DNA of 58,930 nucleotides from Chromera velia (Eukaryota): NCBI GenBank assembly GCA_018398765.1, contig JAHBMJ010000036.1, positions 1 to 58,930 of the forward strand, read 5' to 3'. Shown piece by piece: positions 40,209 to 51,116 of this stretch (position 1 is its first letter; each line of letters starts with the position of its first letter). The notes under the pieces were generated by a model. It saw only the letters and a program-made list of their open reading frames with translations, ran no database searches and was not told where the DNA came from. The position numbers and the translations under genes were made by a program.

Positions 40209-43200
40209 ATCTTCTGTGACCTCGTGTGTGTGTCGGATGCCGTGCGGGCAGGCAACAAGGCGATCATCGACAGGCTGGATGAGGTCTACAGGGTTCTGCA
40301 GGTCCGTGGGCAAGCAGCGATGTACACCAACGGACTGTTATCGATATCCATGAAGATTTACACCCGTGGACGTATCAGCCTTGCGGGTGGGGAGGGAGCT
40401 TTGGTCAGAGGATGTTGATGAATCTCTCTCACGCAAGTTCGGATGAAAACAGAGAGAGAAACCACGGAGATTCCATGAGAGGCACCGGTTTTCTCTCTCT
40501 CTCTGTGAGTGAGTGTGAGTGTGTGTGTGTGTTTCTGTCTGTCTGTCTGCCTGTACATGTCCGAATCTATCTGCGTGCACAAATGTTTGATTGCTGCAGA
40601 GCAACCTGTTGAGGATGATGCAGTACCACGCAGACTACGCAGAGTCCCTGCTCAAGTACCTCGCAGACCTCCAAGTCAGTCGGGCAGTGAGACGAGACAG
40701 TGAGGAAACAAAAGCGGAGAAACTCGGAGTGCTGAAATGAAATGCGACGGCATCCCATCCGCTTGGCGCTTCTCGTCTTTTCTTGGACCTGCATTGCTTT
40801 CCGTCCGGCAACTTTTCAGTCTATCCGTTGATCCGTTCACTGAGGGATCTATCTCTCTTTCCCTTTGGAGTCTTCGACTGCTTCCTCATGTTCTTCGTGT
40901 CCCTCCCCCCCTGCCCCCCCCCTTTCAGGACTACCACGCTGCTGCGTTGACTGCGGAGATTCAAAATTCTCAGAGCTCCACCCTCATGCAGAGACTCAAG
41001 GACTGTAGAGGGAGACAGGAAGGGGAGGATGCAGGAGATAAGCAGGCGAAGGGAGGTGGAGAGCTTGAGGAAGATGAGAACACCATCTCCTCGAGGTCTC
41101 TCTTCAATTGTTTTGTCCTTGAAATGAACCAAGAAGAGAGGACAGATCAAGAAGAGAACAGAGAAGAAACCAAGAGAGCACATCAAGGACAGGGAGCCGC
41201 GTTTGTCCCTCCCTTTCCCTTCTTCCCCGCTCTTTCCCCGTCCCTTTCTGGAACGGAGACAGGAAAAAGAGGGGCTGCGAATGCTTCCGCAACCTTCCCA
41301 TCCTTCCTCCGTGCCCTCCAGTCTCTTTCATCAGATCCCTCAAACTCTAGCAAGGGACCCAAGAAGGCAGGTGAGAAGGCAAAGAGAGAAAAGGAGGAGT
41401 CAGACCTCCGCGCCCACCTCGAGAGGCTGCCCAGAAGGGATCTGGACTCTCTTGTCTCCTCCCTCTCGTCTCTCTCCTCGAACCTGCAGAATTCTGTCGA
41501 CTCCCGACTCAAAAAAGCTGCAGTCCAAATGCAGAAAGCCCTCTTGCCCCTGCAGGAAGAGGACGAATCACACCCCCGTCACGAGTCTTCATCATTCTCA
41601 GACAGAGAGGGACTCTCGAGAGACAGAGCGGCTAGGCTCATCAAGACAACAGAAGAGTTTCTCACAACTTCGAGGGAAACCCACAAAGACCTCCGGTCTT
41701 CCCTTTCCTCTCACGCAGCTGTTGTCTCTTCTCTCCTTGGAGGGAGGAGCCTCGACAACAGCCACCTGGATCTTCTGTCTGCCCATACTGATCCGACACA
41801 GCAGCAGCAGAAAAAGAAGAAAATTAACCTCCTTGACATCCCCCCCCCTCTCCCCGGTGCCGACTCTGTTCGCGAAACCGCCCTTCTCCTCTTTGACCAC
41901 GTCAGCAAATCCCACGGCACCCTGACCGCATGGGTCACCCATTGGAGAGACACACTCCGCCGCCTTTCCACAGACGTCACACAGACGGGAGCGAAGGTGA
42001 GTGCCTTGTTCGCTTCCTCTTCCTCCTTTTCATCCACAATTCGAGAAACAGAGAGTGCGCAGAGAAAGACGGAGGCCTCTGAAGAGGTCATGGCTCGGAA
42101 GCTGGACGAAATTGCAAGTGCCGTCAGAGCGACACAGGACCAAAACCGCCAGTCAGCCCAAGGCGATCACTTGCTGGAGCTTTCCGAAATCCTCTCTGAC
42201 ATACAGGACGCAGCATCCGAGTATGTTGATTCGGCTGCCGAGCTGGTGGAGACAGAAAAGGCCGCACAGGCCGGTATTTCGTCTTACATCCAGTGCCAGT
42301 CCCAATCCCCCCCCCACAGCCACAGAATCGACGATGCATTTGACCTGGTCATGCCTCACTGGAAGAAGATTGGGGTTGCACGCTCTGCTTCTCACTCGTC
42401 TCTTCTCCAGGCCATCAAGACGGGCACAAGACGCATAGAAGATGCCGTCCGTCTCCTCTCCTTCACTGATTTGGTCCCTCGAGTCGCAGAACTCTCTTAC
42501 CGTCAAGTTGCCTCCACCCTCCGCACCGCACTCAACTCCAACAGCAATGAGAATTTGAAGAGTGTTCGAACGGGTACGGTCCAATGTGAGGACCCATCCG
42601 CAGGCCCCCCATCCTCCGTCAACACAGAGGCCCAAATCGTCTCTCGTGAGCTTGCCGAATCCCCCTCTGGCTCCCTCCTTCAGCTCTTTGCAGATCACTC
42701 CGCCCTGCTTTCGTGGTTGGTCTCTAGAGTTGGCTCGGAAGGGCTCGGGAGAAGTTTCTGGCTGCAGCGGGAGACCTCCATGCACAGAAAGAAAGAAGAG
42801 ACGTATATGGGGGCCATAGTGGAAAGGAGAGAGAGAAAGATGAGAATGAAGAATGGAGGGAAAGCAAGAAAGAGAGGAACTGGACGTGATCTCTCTGACG
42901 GCATTTTGAGCAGAGAGCAAGACAGTCCCCTCAGTCTCCTTCAAACTAGGGCGAGCAAACAGTCCGAAAAAGAGGGAGAGGAGTCGTCGGCTCTTCTCCA
43001 CTTGGAGGAGGAAGCAAGTGATGATGAAACAGCACGCTCCGAGGAGGGGGAGGGGCACAGGCAGTCCTTTTCCTCTGCTGCCGCCGTTTCCTTTGCAGTT
43101 GAGGAAGAGGTAGGCAAAGCTCGAACCGCTATGCTCTCCCTTCTCTCAGCCCTCCAAACGGCTCAGCAGACAGACGCTGTCACGAGAGCCCGAACAGAGG

Positions 43201-43265
43201 CCACTCAGGCAGCTGCCGCGCTCACTCTGGAAATGTGCAACAGGGAGAGGGGAAAAGAACCCTGA
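14820..43265 (+). CDS. Giant ~50-exon gene for a secreted multidomain protein (roughly 2,500-3,000 aa)
   Basis: Signal-peptide-like MRFLSSRLPLVLAVWWSCSLCALG. Phase-compatible exons were traced by hand, e.g. 14820-15492, 15671-15958, 16559-16672, 17301-17502, 17948-18126, 18594-18821, 19276-19328, 19590-19655, 20210-20426, 20734-20850, 21292-21345 ... 30337-30413, 30733-30838 ... terminal exon 40929-43265. Motifs: DADGNSC..ACCKCGGG, Ig-like TGEISGTP / TGEITGTP, PAN-like, beta-trefoil-like, TSP1. Some internal boundaries are uncertain and two genes cannot be fully excluded. Confidence 0.7.
30337..30838 (+). other. Thrombospondin type-1 (TSP1) domain of the giant gene, split over two exons
   Basis: Spliced peptide GWTTCSRSCGLGFQ|VNRRTCTNPPPDFGGAVCSGLGASSTTRSCNPQPC matches the TSP1 consensus WxxCSxSCGxG..RxC..P..GG..C.G.....C....C. 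Confidence 0.9.
34382..34607. other. Assembly gap (N run) within an intron
   Basis: Ns are flanked by poly-C. The flanking exons remain phase-compatible. Confidence 0.9.
35766..35993. other. Assembly gap (N run) within an intron
   Basis: Ns are flanked by poly-G. The flanking exons remain phase-compatible. Confidence 0.9.
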
Positions 43266-46200
43266 GGTGCGCCTTGCAGGGTGTGAATCCGTGAGTATCT
43301 GTCTTCTTTGTGTGTGTTCTTTGCCTCACATAGTTGGAAGGGGCCGTGGAGGGAGGGGGTGGGAAGGGATGAAGACAGGCAGGGCAGCTGACTATAAGGG
43401 AGAGGAGGGCCATCTTTTTTTGGAGTGGGCCATGATGACTGTAAAAGGAGTGACGGATAGAGAAGAGGTGTGTGTCATTTGAAGAGAGAGCATGGAAGGG
43501 GGCCCAGGAGAAGGATGACCCTTCCATCTGCTCTCTCACACGACTGCTCTCTTCTTCTCCTGCTTTCTCTCTCTCCAGATCTGCGATGATAGAGATTAGA
43601 AGAACCCTTTTCTGTTTCATCCTGCCATGGTCTTTCCGTGCCTCTAACCTGTATATTTATTTGGGGTCCTTACAGGGCAAGAGCGGCGGTACAGCCTACG
43701 GTGGTTCTCTCTACCACGTTGATTATTTCTCTCTGTGATTTGTGGTCAAGGCGATCTTCAGGATCGTCTTTCTGTCTGTTTGTCTGTCTGTCTCTATTCC
43801 TTTTTTATCGATCGAGAGTGCATCTTCCATGCAATGGACATAAGCCTGCTGACGTGCATTGCTTGCGAGATTGCCAATGGACTGGTGCCGTCGTCGATCT
43901 GCAGGCAGACAGACAGACAGACAGACGAGAAACTTCGTCAATTGGGGGATTGACCGACTTGTTTGAGAAAGGTATTTGTCCATTCCACTCTTTCATCTGC
44001 ATGTCTGCCTGCCTGCCTTGCTCTTCGTCAGAGAGGCACCGGGGAAGGGGGGGTTTGGTGAAGCAGAATTGTTGCACATGGGAGACATAGGGCTGGCTCA
44101 GTTGATTGATCTTGGTGAGTTTGTTGTTTCTTGCCCTTGTTGAGCCCCTCGAGGGTTGGCCAGGCGTCGAGCTTGAAGGACTCCCACTCACTGCAACATA
44201 TTATCAGAGAACAACAAAGATTGGTATGTCCATCCTTCCGCCCTTTTCGTGTTGGCCCCCAGGGCTCCGCTATGTACACACGTGCAGTGATCCCGTCGTA
44301 TTTATCCGCCTGCCTCTGTGATTGTCTGCATGTCATGTCAAATCAGTCGCTGGCGCTGTTTTGTTTCTCCCTCCGAGAGGCTGGGGGGTGAATTTGGGTG
44401 AGTCAGGGGGTGAAGCCTCTTTCGCTCTCTTTGGTGTCTGACATTCGGTCAACTTTCAATGATTGATGATGAAGGTGTAGGTCTCTTTAGGGGACATGCA
44501 GATGTGTCGATCTGTGTCGATCAGACCCGCTGTCACTCGACACGCGGCCCACTGAAAGTGAAATATAATCAAACGCTATGCTTTCAATGCTTCTTAGTGC
44601 CTACATGTAATGACGATTGTCATAACGTGTATACAAGGTTCTCATATATAGTTTTCTTCTATATTTTCTTTATCTATATTTTATAATGTGGGGCCCTGCC
44701 TAGGGCCCTGCACTACGTCTAACATTAGTAGCAATGTTGCATTACGTATATAAGTGTAAACATAAACTAGACATAACTTTTAAAAAATAATCGGATTTTT
44801 TTTTTATACACTGGCATCATATCATAACATTTTCTAGAACATTTCACTACGTCATTTCAATCATAATTTGATAAGGCAGATAACCATTATTTCGATTATC
44901 GGATCATTATCTGATGTATTCCAATGTTGTAGAAAACGTTAGGTCTAGCGTTAGATAAAAAGCTAAATTAGCTGCTATAAAAAACAAATAAAAAGTAAGT
45001 CAGCTATTGCAAGTGTTACACATCAGTATTTCTAGCAGTGTTTCTTAAATTAATTCGATGACCTAGTCGATAAAACAATATTAATTTAAGAAAAAATGTA
45101 TGGCAGAGTGTATGCAGAGCGGGCAGAGGCTGGTACAAAACATATGTAGGTCACGGTAACGCTAAGTACATAGCGCGTTACCGTACGTTGTTACGCGGAC
45201 GAGGGGGCGTATACCTAGTTTTTTTATCCAGTAGAAAGAATCTGAAAGATGCAGTATCTCTAACGATGAAGACAATAGCCACAATACTCTCTAGAATACT
45301 CTCAGTATTATACTCCATATTGTAGCTAGTATTGTAGTACAGCGACGTAATAATATATACTAAGTGTTGTGTTTAATATGTTACAATTTGCGTAGTCGAT
45401 CTAGTAGTCGATTACATGCAGTGCTTAAATGATATTCACTATTTTGTTCACTTCTAACCGTCTACTCGCGGGCACCAGTTACTAGATCAGTTAAGAGGAC
45501 AAGCCAAAACACGTTCAAATTTTAAAATCTTTAGGCTAGGCTGGCCAGCGAACATACAAATTCACTGTCAGACCTACAGTCAGACACTGACAGACAGCCA
45601 CACACACAGTCACGTGCACACGCAGACGCGCAATTGGCGAACACTGACACACCCTCGGTCATAACAACACACAAACACGCAGACTTTCTCCCCCCGTCCC
45701 TTCCTCCAGCTCTCCCCTGTTTCTCTCTCTTTGTGCGTGTTTTCTGCGAGACTGACCGGAAGTCAGAGGGAGAAGCGCAAAGTTTTTGGATGAAGTTCCG
45801 AGTTGGAGAATGGAGGACGCAAGGCAATCAATCATACTGCATGGAACGGTCGAGTGATGACTACATGAACGAACTCATCATGCATGCGTAAATGGACAAT
45901 TAAGGAAAGGATGACGTGCTGCGGGTGTTGCGACGGAACACCAGACAAGCCATCCTCTCCCCTGATGCGCACCTTCAATCAGTCTACTGCGCGCTGGAGC
46001 CACAAAGACTCAGGAGGTCCTCTCCTAGTCTTCTTTACTCTGGACACGATGACTCCTTCTTTCAGTTGCCATTCGACAAATACTCTTTTACCGTGCCTAT
46101 CTCCCCTTTTGCTTCTCGTTTTTCGGTTGACATGCGCGTTGCACAACGCAATGAATCGGTTCTTCGCTGCCGACCCTCGCTCTTTTTCTGGATGGAAATC

Positions 46201-47777
46201 ACCGGATAGAAAGAGGAATCGGTAGAGAGGATAAAGGTGTGGGTGCTTGTGTGCATGATTTTGATTTTACCCGAAGAATCTTTTCGTTCCAAACCGCAGC
46301 GGCGGACTTTCGTCCTCTCAAACCGACAAAAACACAACCAACTTCACAGGTATTGACAACTCACTCAGGAATGCAGTCTCTCTTCTCTTCAGTCCACTTG
46401 CAGGACAGACAAGACTCGAGCTAGGGTTGCATGGAAAACAACGTGCCTGAATTCCAACGTGATCTATCCGTTTGTCAATTGTCTCTGTCACTGTCAGGTT
46501 TCTCAATATCCGAAAAGAAAAAAGGAAAATCTGCGTGGACTTGGAGGAAAAGAAAAAGGAATGAAAGTACAGTCGCACCTCCACTACAGTTGGTTGGCCG
46601 TGTCTGTTTGCTTGCAGTCTGGTAACCTTACAGACAGCCAGAACCCTATCAGCCAAAGCGTCCACGTGAGACAGTTACAGAAATAATCATTCAAAACAAA
46701 AGAGGCTCGTCAGGACAAGAACTTTTCCACAAGAGGGCTGAGGACAAAGAAAGAAAGGAAGGATGGAAGCAAGGAAGCGATCTTGCAACGATCGATCGCG
46801 CTGCCCTCTTCCTCCTCTCCCCTCTTTCTTCTCCCACCCCCCCCACATACCCTCTCTGTCTGTCAGACTGTCTGCAAAGTTTTCTTCTTGATTCCCCCAT
46901 CTCTTCTTTCTGCTGAATCCCCAATGATACCGCCGGCACACACGGCCCAGGCATGACGTCTCACATCACGAAAAAGGAGGACCCCGAAACGGAGCCCGTT
47001 TTTGTAGCCAGACATTGGCAACTCATGAAGCAGAACGGAAGGAGAAGGAGCTCGTCCCTGTTTTTTCCGACACATCTGGTCAGACCGACAGCGGTAGACA
47101 AACAGACGTACAGACCGACTGTGTCGTCTTTTGCTTCCACAGACAAACAGACGGGCAGATAGACAGAAGATGTCAGGAACACCACACACAACGAATGCAC
47201 CTAGTTTGTCACACACACCAATGGATCAAGACACGGATGGACACACACCGTGCCCGTCAGTTAGACAGAGCACAAGCAAAACCCTCAAGATCACACGCAA
47301 ACAACGGGCAACACTACACGGGCACGCACACACACCTCTACTCCACCAATCAACCCGACCCCTCCTCCCCACCTCTCCCCAGAAGATCTACGGCACTCCC
47401 CTCTTTCCCTCCCTCCCTCCCTTGCTCCCTTCCTCTCCCCCGCGAAGAGGGAGACACAAACAAATAGCAAGCAGACTTTGTCATTTCCTCGTTCTCCGCC
47501 TTCGTCTGGGAAAGACGAATGGATGGAGAGTTACAGAAACACAGAAACACAGAAGAAGAAAAAAACCAAAAAGGAACAAAGACAGGTAGACAGAATGAAG
47601 GACATCCGAATAACGCCCCCCCCTCACCAAACTATCTCGTGAGGTCATCTAATGGAGGACAGACGAGAAACAAAAGGGCAGGCATCCCACTTGTGTCTGA
47701 TAGACAGAAAGCGAGACAGCAGGCAAAGAAGAAACTTGAAGAAAAGAGAGATAGATAGACAAGCAGAGATCTCGCGC

Positions 47778-50167
47778 CTAAAACCCACACGGCCGAGACC
47801 CACCACCAGCGCCAAACTGACTGTCACACCAACTTCTACAAGCCGACACAGACCCCATGGGACATGCCCCTCTTGACGACCGTGTGCCTGCTCTCGTCAT
47901 ACAACCGCACTGAATAGAACCCCCCCCACCACCCCCAGAGGCCCCAGCCGGGGTGCTCCCTCCCGACCCACCCCCAGAGCAGCTCCTCGAACTCCCCCCT
48001 GGACCGAAAGTCCTGTCACACCACGGTCTGCATGCAGTGACCGAGCTAAACGGACACCGGCCTCTGGAGCCCCTTTGCCCATTCGGCTGCGTGCACCCGC
48101 ACTCAATCGCACCTCCCCCCCCTCCACCCCCTCCTGCAGGCGTAGGGGGACGCGCGGGCGTCGGTGCGGGTCTGGCAGGAGTGGATCCCCCTCCCCCGGA
48201 TCCGCCACAACGCCTGGTGCTCCCACCCGGACCGAAACGAGAGTCGCACCAGCTTCTACAAGCAGAGAGCGACCCTAGAGGGCACGTGCCTGCAGAGGAT
48301 CTCTGTCCATTGGGCTGAGTGCAGCCACACTCAAAGGACTGACCACCAGGGGGGGCGGCAGCGGGTGCACCGCCCCCTCCGGAGGGGGGTGTAGGGGGGG
48401 TCTGACCAGGAGCCATAACGTATGTGATGTGGTAGTTGTTGATGGTCGCACCTCTGTTGTCATTCATGTCTCTGTTCACAGTCCCGTAATTCTGCAGAGA
48501 CCTCCTCAGAGCCACTCTCTCCGTTTCTTCTGAAGGTACGGGGGGGGCTAGTGTCGTGGTGCTGGTGGTGGAAGTGGGATCTTCTGTCTCTGTCTGTGTG
48601 GCTTGCACGGGAGGCTGGGGGGGAAGGGGGGGAGGGAGTGAGACTTTCTGACCCCCATTCGCTTCCGTCTTTTCCTCTGCTTCTCTCTCCCGCTGGGAGG
48701 TCCGCAACACTTCCTCAATTCCTTTCTCTGATGTTGACTCATTTTCCCCTCTCGTTGCTGTAAAGTCGAGGGTGGAGGAACCACTGGCATGAGGGGGGGG
48801 GGAGACAGACACAGTTTCGTTTTGTGACTGGGTCTCTGTGTCTACTGTTGTTGAATTCTGGGACCGCGAAAGAGAGAGACGGCGCCCCTCCGAAAGGGGA
48901 GCCACGCGGCCAAGCCCCAAAACGGAGGGTCTCAAAAGGAGTCCTGCAAAATTGAGGGATGTCAATCCACACATGCATGGATGAGCTGATAAGATCCCAA
49001 ACGGGCCTCCAAAGGGAACTGCAGGGGTCCGACAACAAACATTCTCCCTCAAAGGCACCTCATCATCTGAAAGGGCAAGGCATGAATGCAAATGCATGGA
49101 GGGAGGGAGGGAATCAGATCGATCAAAAACTGTCAGTCGTCGACACACCTAACTGCATGAAAATCTGCTACTTCGGCATGCTCAATGTGAGTGGATCAGC
49201 CTGACCGACCTTCAATAGATTTGTAGAGGACCACACCTGTGCCCTGAACGGATGCGTCGAGGGACCCGGAAGCCGACACGGAAGCGCGTGCTGCCCCCAT
49301 CACACTCACGACAGCTGTCTGAGAAGAGAGCGAGGAGGCATCCACAACTGCGCTGCCTGTCACAGTCAGCTGCTGGGTAGTGGCGGCTCCCGACAAGGTC
49401 ACCGCCCCTGCCCCTGTCACCCCTGTGGTGAGGGAGGAGACGTTAAGGCTAAGGTTAGCCTGTGCTACCCCTTGCAGAGAGATCTGCAGAGTGCCCCCCG
49501 AGGCCGTCAGGACGCCCTCACTAGCCACCCTTCCTCCCCCCGCCACAGAAAGAAGTTTGAGCCTCTCTGAGGGAATGGTGACCTTCACTTGAAAAGGCGT
49601 TCTCTGAGCGCACCTCGCAGTCTGATCGAGACCGAACACAAGAGACGAGCCCTGCAGCTCTACCTTCAAAATGTCAAACAATCCTTCGGGTCCGGTGGCA
49701 AGAACCTCATAAGAGGCGGAGGGGGAGCTGGAGACTGTGACATGAGCAAACAAATCAACGGAAATGCCGTCGAAATTCTCTGCTTCGAACCTTTTCGTTA
49801 TCACAGCCCCCGTCTCGTTACACGCGGCCTCCCCCACAATATAACCCCACCCCCAAGTGACAGGAGCAGGAGGAGAGGGCACAGTGAGTGAAGGGAAAGA
49901 GGGAGCAGGTACCTGAACGACGGAGCCCGAAAAGCCACTCCATCCCGGGGTCACTTGGGCTTGTCCGGGACGAATAATGCTCCCTCCAACAAAGCCATAG
50001 TTGGGACGCGGCACGGTGTTCTGAACATAGTCACCTAGGACTGTGCCATAATTCTGAAGCTTTCTTTCGGGGGCGCTGACAGAGCCGGGAGTGCTCTCGT
50101 CGGAAACGAAGACATCTTGAGCGGCGGCGCCCGAGCAAAGAAGCAGACTTGCTACCAGGCGGCGCAT
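47778..50167 (-). CDS. Secreted protein (~707 aa): signal peptide, GIN/DUF2807-like adhesin-head domain, S/T/P/E-rich linker, three 6-Cys repeats; exons 50167-49210 and 48943-47778
   Basis: Signal MRRLVASLLLCSGAAAQ. FDGISV...LKVELQGSSLVFG..., followed by repeated GxGxV turns (VAGGGRV, VTGAGAV, VTGSAVV, VQGTGVVLY) typical of DUF2807. A phase-1 GT..AG intron at 49209-48944 joins the exons in frame. Confidence 0.82.
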
Positions 50168-50491
50168 TCTGGGTGTTTTGACTGCAATTTTGTGCGCGCT
50201 TCAGAGGTTGTTTAGAGACGGGAAAGTGAAAGTCTGCCACTCCTATACCGCCTTGTGCGTCAAGCCGAATAAGGCTCAGCAGAGTTTGCCCCCTGTACTT
50301 GCCGTGCAGCGTTCATATGTCGCGAGCATTTGCTTTTTTAGTGGATTTTTGTGCATTTTAAAGTTATTTCCTGCAAGAGGGTGAAGGCACAGACATCAGA
50401 GTGAAAAAGCTGACAGCAGACTCACAATGTGCGCGTCTCCGAAGTTCTCCGCTTGGCGCGCTTCTTGGGACCGCGGTGATCCGTGGAAAAC

Positions 50492-50497
50492 AAAAAA
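50492..50497 (-). terminator. RNA polymerase III terminator (T6)
   Basis: TTTTTT directly follows the 5S 3' end on the minus strand. Confidence 0.8.
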
Positions 50498-50618
50498 GCG
50501 GTCAGCACCCGAAGGTGTTCCCAGGCGGTCCCCCACCCTAGTACTAACCGGGCCTCACATGGCTTAACTTCGGAGTTCGGATGGGATCCGGTGTGTTCCA
50601 TGTAGTATGGCCGACCAC
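50498..50618 (-). rRNA. Eukaryotic 5S rRNA gene (single copy in the window)
   Basis: Minus strand reads GTGGTCGGCCATAC...GATCCCATCCGAACTCCGAAGTTAAGC...TTAGTACTAGGGTGGGGGACCGCCTGGGAA...GTGCTGACCGC (~121 nt). The terminal helix pairs and the internal A/C boxes are intact. Confidence 0.95.
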
Positions 50619-51116
50619 GGTGATAGTGTCGGAAGTTCTGAGTAACTTCTGACAAGGTTCCTATAGCGCGAGGTCTATCGTGTTACGCGCGCGCTCATGC
50701 AGTGCCTCATGCAGTGCCCGCGCAACTGTTGTTTTGTTGCAACTGTTGCAACTGCATTTGTTGCAGCCGTGTTGTTGCATTCCTGTTTAATTCAATGTGC
50801 ATATTTGAGCCGCGTTCCACTATATATGCATGGCAGCTTCATCTGATTCTCGACTGAATGCCATCGGTCCACACAACCATTTAGTCGACACATTCGAAGC
50901 AGCCAAGAACAAATAGACGGATGACTCCGCAAGAAGAGATTCTATATACAGCAGTGAATTCTGTGAATTGGTGACGAAATCAAGAAACACAGAAAACGAG
51001 AGCGAAAACACCTGTGGAAATCAAAATACCTGTTACTGATGTCGATTTAGCTGTAAGCGTGCGTCAACGCTTTTCCAAAAGGCTTTGCAATACATAGCTG
51101 CATTCCAATCACCACG

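Noticed and set aside
43267..43578. Possible 3' UTR intron starting 1 nt after the stop of the giant gene
   Set aside because: GT and pyrimidine-AG signals exist but cannot be validated without a reading frame or transcript data.
45531..47770. Short ORFs between the giant gene and the GIN gene
   Set aside because: No recognisable motifs or consistent exon chain; likely UTR or intergenic, though a small gene is not excluded.
50400..50760. 5S-derived SINE, or 5S linked to a spliced-leader RNA
   Set aside because: The 5S is full-length with an immediate T6 terminator, has no tail or TSD, and no dinoflagellate-type SL sequence is visible nearby.
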